From Eledone cirrhosa (taxonomy: Eukaryota): DNA of 64,000 nucleotides. Positions within the stretch are counted from its first letter, which is position 1; every line of letters begins with the position of its first letter. Where the stretch lies: contig OZ024741.1 of assembly GCA_964016885.1 (NCBI GenBank), positions 363,382,001-363,446,000 on the forward strand, read 5' to 3'. This document shows positions 58,451-64,000 of this stretch, one piece after another. The notes beneath the pieces were generated by a model. It saw only the letters and a list, made by a program, of their open reading frames with translations. It searched no databases and had not been told where the DNA came from. Both the position numbers and the translations under genes were made by a program.

Positions 58451-58673
58451 CCCTTTAGCATTTAAACCGGCCATATCTGGCGCCAGAATTCTCTCACCTC
58501 TTTCTGTTCAAACCAGCCACAACCAGCTGCTCATACTTATGTTAAAGTATTGTTCTCAAAATAAATAATATCAAAATCGCGTAGATTCGATATTATGTGA
58601 GATAATTATGTGAGATAAAGTGTTTACCGTGAAAATACATTAGTAAATACAGAGTAATGTAAATGTTAAAGGG
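58451..58673. mobile_element. piggyBac-type MITE
   Basis: TTAA|CCCTTTAGCATTTA...TAAATGTTAAAGGG|TTAA. Confidence 0.85.
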
Positions 58674-58771
58674 TTAAGGTACAACTAACCAATGCAATAT
58701 AGATATTAAAAAAATATTTTAAACAATGAAAATTTGAAGAAATCAATGAAAGAAAAGTAGACTGAACTTAC

Positions 58772-58865
58772 ATATCCTTTACCATTGGGTAGTGTATCAC
58801 GTAAATGTGAATATTCTGTAATAATAGCCATTGCAACTTCTTTGTATTGGGATGAGGTAGGGTAA
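58772..58865 (-). CDS. Exon: SAMD3-like domain core
   Basis: AG/GT bounded, 94 nt; YPTSSQYKEVAMAIITEYSHLRDTLPNGKGY. Confidence 0.85.
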
Positions 58866-60291
58866 CTGCAATTGAACACAAACAGTTTCTATGTTAATAA
58901 AAAAAAAACTAAAGTAAAAATTTCTCTGTTGAACTTGTCTAATAAGTGACTTGATCTAATACTGTGTGTTGAAACTTAATCTATTACAGCATGGAAGAGG
59001 AATTTTAACCATTTAAAAACACACAAAAATTGTTTACTTCATGATTTTTTGGTGTCAAAATTTTGTAATGAAAATGTTGACATCAAGAAATAAATGATAA
59101 ATGTATATTAAAGTTAACAGTTTTTGTGTGTTTCTAAATGGCTAAAATTACACTTCAATGCTGCTATGTATCTTGTTTTGATACCATATCCCTGCATGTC
59201 ACAAGAGGCAACCAAAAGAGTTGGCACCAGGAAGGGCATCCATCTGGCTGTAAAACATTGCTTTGAAAAGGACTCTCATGATGAGCATGAAGCTCCATAT
59301 GGCACCCTATAAAGCTAACTTCTGTGTTTGCAGTGAAAAACAACTATAAAATGCTTGCTGTTATATCAACAGGTAACAGATAATGTGGTGTTTGAGGAGA
59401 CTTGGTGGTCTTGGTGAGTACATGACAAGTTCTCTAGCATCGATGCCATAATAAAATGCACCCAGTACACTCTATTAAATGGCTGATATTAGAAAGGGTA
59501 TTGAACCATAGAAAACAAGCCAAAAATGGAGCATATTAGTGAGACATAATCCTCTGACTCATCTAAAACGAAAGCAACTCTAAATAAGAACGAACTTGAA
59601 TTGACACAATCATTTAATAAAAGAAAAGGAACCAATCAGATTGAACCAAAGGAAGAATATTTCCATTGGTCTTTCCATTGCTGATACTATCTGCTGGTCA
59701 CATAACTCCTAGCAGAAGAAGCAATGTGAAATAAAATATTTTACTCAAAAACAGAATACCCTGCCCGGTCCATGAATCAAACCCACAACCTTATGATTGT
59801 GAGTCCAACCCTAACCACTGTTTAAATATTGGTGACTTTGCAGAATTGATAAAGTGTGGGACAAAATGCCTTGCAGTATTTAGTTTTTTATGTTCTCATT
59901 TGAATCCTAATAAGATTAAGTTTGCTTTTAATCATTCTAAGTTTGATAAAATATGTATCACTCAGGAACAGGGATCAATTTTAATTGAAAACAACCTCTC
60001 CCTTGAGCCTTTGATTGAGATAAGACATGCTACTTTATATCCACTTTTCGATGTTTGCACAGGTTGGATAAAGTCCAAAGTTATCCCAGTTTCATGGGCA
60101 GTGAATGACTGAGTAGAAGATTCCCCACACAGACAAGACACCTGTTTGTCCTTGGGTTATCTCCCAACAGCTGCTGGTACCCGTTATTAACTGAATGAAC
60201 TGGAGTGAATTAAAATGCTTTGCTCAGGGCACAATTATAAATATTTTAATATTTTAAAATGGCTGAAACAGAAATCAGACCAACAACTTAC

Positions 60292-60459
60292 ACTGTATAA
60301 TTGATCATCTCATCATAAATAGCTTGTATCAGAGCTGACTTCATCTTACGACTGAGCGCGTGCTTGGAAGCAAGTGTTGCTTTTAATTCAGGACGGAATA
60401 AATGTGTAGGAATTCGGAATGGTACAGGCCATGGTTTGAATTCCATGTGTTCAGAGTGA
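60292..60459 (-). CDS. Exon: start of SAMD3-like domain (gene probably continues beyond the window)
   Basis: AG/GT bounded, 168 nt; WPVPFRIPTHLFRPELKATL...KSALIQAIYDEMINYTV. Confidence 0.85.
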
Positions 60460-60504
60460 CTGAAAAGTAAACAAGAAAGAAAAAATGAGCTAAGAAATAA
60501 ATAT

Positions 60505-63500
60505 ATAGATGTAGATATAGCTGTGGTTAAGAAGACTATTTCACAATAACATAGATGTAGGTATAGCTGTGGTTAAGAAGGTTATTTCACAATAACAGAG
60601 ATGTAGGTATAGCTTGGGTTAAGAAGGTTATTTCACAATAACATAGATGTAGGTATAGTTGTGGTTAAGAAGACTATTTCACAATAACATAGATGTAGGT
60701 ATAGCTGTGGTTAAGAAGGTTATTTCACAATAACATAGATGTAAGTATAGCTTGGGTTAAGAAGGTTGTTTTACAATAACCTAGATGTAGGTATAGCTGT
60801 GGTTAAGAAGGTTATTTCACAATAACATAGATGTAGGTATAGCTGTGGTTAAAAAGGTTATTTCACAATAACATAGATGTAGGTATAGCTGTGCTTAAGA
60901 AGGTTGTTTTACAATAACAGATTTAGGTATAGCTTGGGTCAAGAAGGTTATTTTACAATAACATAGATGTAGGTATAGCTGTGGTTAAGAAGACTATTTC
61001 ACAATAACATAGATGTAGGTATAGCTGTGGTTAAGAAGACTATTTCACAATAACATAGATGTAGGTATAGCTGTGGTTAAGAAGGTTATTTCACAATAAC
61101 ATAGATGTAAGTATAGCTGTGGTTAAGAAGGTTATTTCACAATAACATAGATGTAGGTATAGCTTGGGTTTAGAAGGTTGTTTTACAATAACCTAGATGT
61201 AGGTATAGCTTGGGTTAAGAAGGTTATTTCAGAATAACACAGATGTAGGTATAGCTGTGGTTAAGAAGACTATTTCACAATAACATAGATGTAGGTATAG
61301 CTGTGGTTAAGAAGACTATTTCACAATAACATAGATGTAGGTATAGCTTGGGTTAAGAAGGTTATTTCACAATAACATAGATGTAGGTATAGCTGTGGTT
61401 AAGAAGACTATTTCACAATAACATAGATGTAGGTATAGCTTGGGTTAAGAAGGTTATTTCACAATAACATAGATGTAGGTATAGCTGTGATTAAGAAGGT
61501 TATTTCACAATAACATAGATGTAGGTATAGCTGTGGTTAAGAAGGTTATTTCACAATAACATAGATGTAGGTATAGCTTGGGTTAAGAAGACAATTTCCC
61601 AATAACATAGATGTAGGTATAGCTCGGGTTAAGAAGGTTATTTCACAATAACATAGATGTAGGTATAGCTTGGGTTAAGAAGGTTATTTCACAATAACAT
61701 AGATGTAGGTATAGCTTGGGTTAAGAAGACTATTTCTCAATAACATAGATGTAGGTATAGCTTGGGTTAAGAAGGTTATGTCACAATAACATAGATGTAG
61801 GTATAGCTGTGGTTAAGAAGACTATTTCACAATAACATAGATGTAGGTATAGCTGTGGTTAAGAAGACTATTTCACAATAACATAGATGTAGGTATAGCT
61901 TGGGTTAAGTAGGTTATTTCACAATAACATAGATGTAGGTATAGCTGTGGTTAAGAAGGTTATTTCACAATAACATAGATGTAAGTATAGCTGTGGTTAA
62001 GAAGGTTATTTCACAATAACATAGATGTAGGTATAGCTTGGGTTTAGAAGGTTGTTTTACAATAACCTAGATGTAGGTATAGCTTGGGTTAAGAAGGTTA
62101 TTTCACAATAACACAGATGTAGGTATAGCTGTGGTTAAGAAGACTATTTCACAATCACATAGATGTAGGTATAGCTGTGGTAAAGAAGGCTATTTCACAA
62201 TAACATAGATGTAGGTATAGCTTGGGTTAAGAAGTTTATTTCACAATAACATAGATGTAGGTATAGCTGTGGTTAAGAAGACTATTTCACAATAACATAG
62301 ATGTAGGTATAGCTGTGGTTAAGAAGGTTATTTCACAATAACAGAGATGTAGGTATAGCTTGGGTTAAGAAGGTTATTTCACAATAACATAGATGTAGGT
62401 ATAGTTGTGGTTAAGAAGACTATTTCACAATAACATAGATGTAGGTATAGCTGTGGTTAAGAAGGTTATTTCACAATAACATAGATGTAAGTATAGCTTG
62501 GGTTAAGAAGGTTGTTTTACAATAACCTAGATGTAGGTATAGCTGTGGTTAAGAAGGTCATTTCACAATAACATAGATGTAGGTATAGCTGTGGTTAAAA
62601 AGGTTATTTCACAATAACATAGATGTAAGTATAGCTTGGGTTAAGAAAGTTATTTCACAATAACCTAGATGTAGGTATAGCTGTGGTTAAGAAGGTTGTT
62701 TTACAATAACATAGATGTAGGTATAGCTGTGGTTAAGAAGACTATTTCACAATAACATAGATGTAGGTATAGCTGTGGTTAAGAAGGTTATTTCACAATA
62801 ACGTAGATGTAGGTATAGCTTGGTTTAAGAAGGTTGTTTCACAATAACATAGATGTAGGTATAGCTGTGGTTAAGAAGGTTGTTTCACTATAACATAGAT
62901 GTAGGTATAGCTGTGGTTAAGAAGGTTGTTTTACAATAACATAGATGTAGGTATAGCTGTGGTTAAGAAGGTTATTTCACAATAACCTAGATGTAGGTAT
63001 AGCTGTGGTTAAGAAGGTTGTTTTACAATAACATAGATGTAGGTATAGCTTGGGTTAAGAAGGTTGTTTCACAATAACATAGATGTAGGTATAGCTGTGG
63101 TTAAGAAGGTTATTTCACAATAACATAGATGTAGGTATAGCTGTGGTTAAGAAGGTTATTCCACAATAACATTGACGTAGGTATAGCTGTGGTTAAGAAG
63201 GTTATTTCACAATAACGTAGATGTAGGTATAGCTTGGGTTAAGAAGGTTGTTTCACAATAACATAGATGTAGGTATAGCTGTGGTTAAGAAGGTTGTTTT
63301 ACCATAACATAGATGTAGGTATAGCTTGGGTTAAGAAGGTTGTTTTACAATAACATAGATATAGGTATAGCTGTGGTTGAGAAGGTTGTTTTACAATAAC
63401 ATAGATGTAGGTATAGCCGTGGTTAAGAAGACTATTTCACAATAACATAGATGTAGGTATAGCTTGGGTTAAGAAGGTTGTTTCACAATAACATAGATGT

Positions 63501-64000
63501 AGGTATAGCTTTGGTTAAGAAGGTTATTTCACTATAACATAGATGTAGGTATAGCTGTGGTTAAGAAGGTTATTTCACAATAACATTGATGTAGGTATAG
63601 CTTGAGTTAAGAAGGTTATTTCACAATAACCTAGATGTAGGTATAGCTGTGGTTAAGAAGGTTGTTTTACAATAACATAGATGTAGGTATAGCTTGGGTT
63701 AAGAAGGTTATTTCACGATAACATAGATGTGGTTAAGAAGGTTATTTCACAATAACATAGATGTAGGTATAGCTTGGGTTAAGAAGGTTATTTCACAATA
63801 ACATAGATGTAGGTATAGCTTTGGTTAAGAAGGTTATTTCACAATAACATAGATGTAGGTATAGCTTGGGTTAAGAAGGTTATTTCACAATAAAATAGAT
63901 GTAGGTATAGCTTGGGTTAAGAAGGTTGTTTTACAATAACATAGATGTAGGTATAGCTGTGGTTAAGAAGACTATTTCACAATAACATAGATGTAGGTAT
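60505..64000. repeat. 46-bp minisatellite, about 76 copies, running off the window
   Basis: Consensus CATAGATGTAGGTATAGCTGTGGTTAAGAAGGTTATTTCACAATAA, head-to-tail with no spacers. Confidence 0.97.

Noticed and set aside
60505-64000. CRISPR-like regular array
   Set aside because: Units are head-to-tail with no unique spacers, there are no cas genes and the context is eukaryotic; this is a minisatellite.

Overview
Eukaryotic, AT-rich, microsatellite-dense animal DNA. The SINE, LINE and Penelope repertoire looks cephalopod (octopus-like); this is an inference. There are two host genes, both on the minus strand: an intronless UDP-glycosyltransferase CDS (11916-13442) and six in-phase exons (49136-60459) of a gene combining a SAMD3-like domain, a BTB/POZ domain and an AT-hook. 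Nearly everything else is mobile DNA: a decayed autonomous Helitron plus non-autonomous Helitrons, RTE, CR1-like, Tx1/L1 and R4/Dong-like LINE pieces, LTR remnants, piggyBac-type TTAA MITEs, tRNA-derived SINEs and several Penelope-like elements (PLEs; Naiad-like and a second lineage). The standout signal is non-coding: about 13 hammerhead-ribozyme (HHR) motifs from several unrelated sequence families, mostly between 15 and 37 kb. These include a retrozyme-like array (three apparently identical 310-bp HHR monomers plus an inverted copy, bounded by a 13-bp target-site duplication) and a separate 467-bp unit with a complete canonical type I HHR. The window ends in a 46-bp minisatellite that appears to derive from a SINE head. 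All coordinates and alignments were read by eye.
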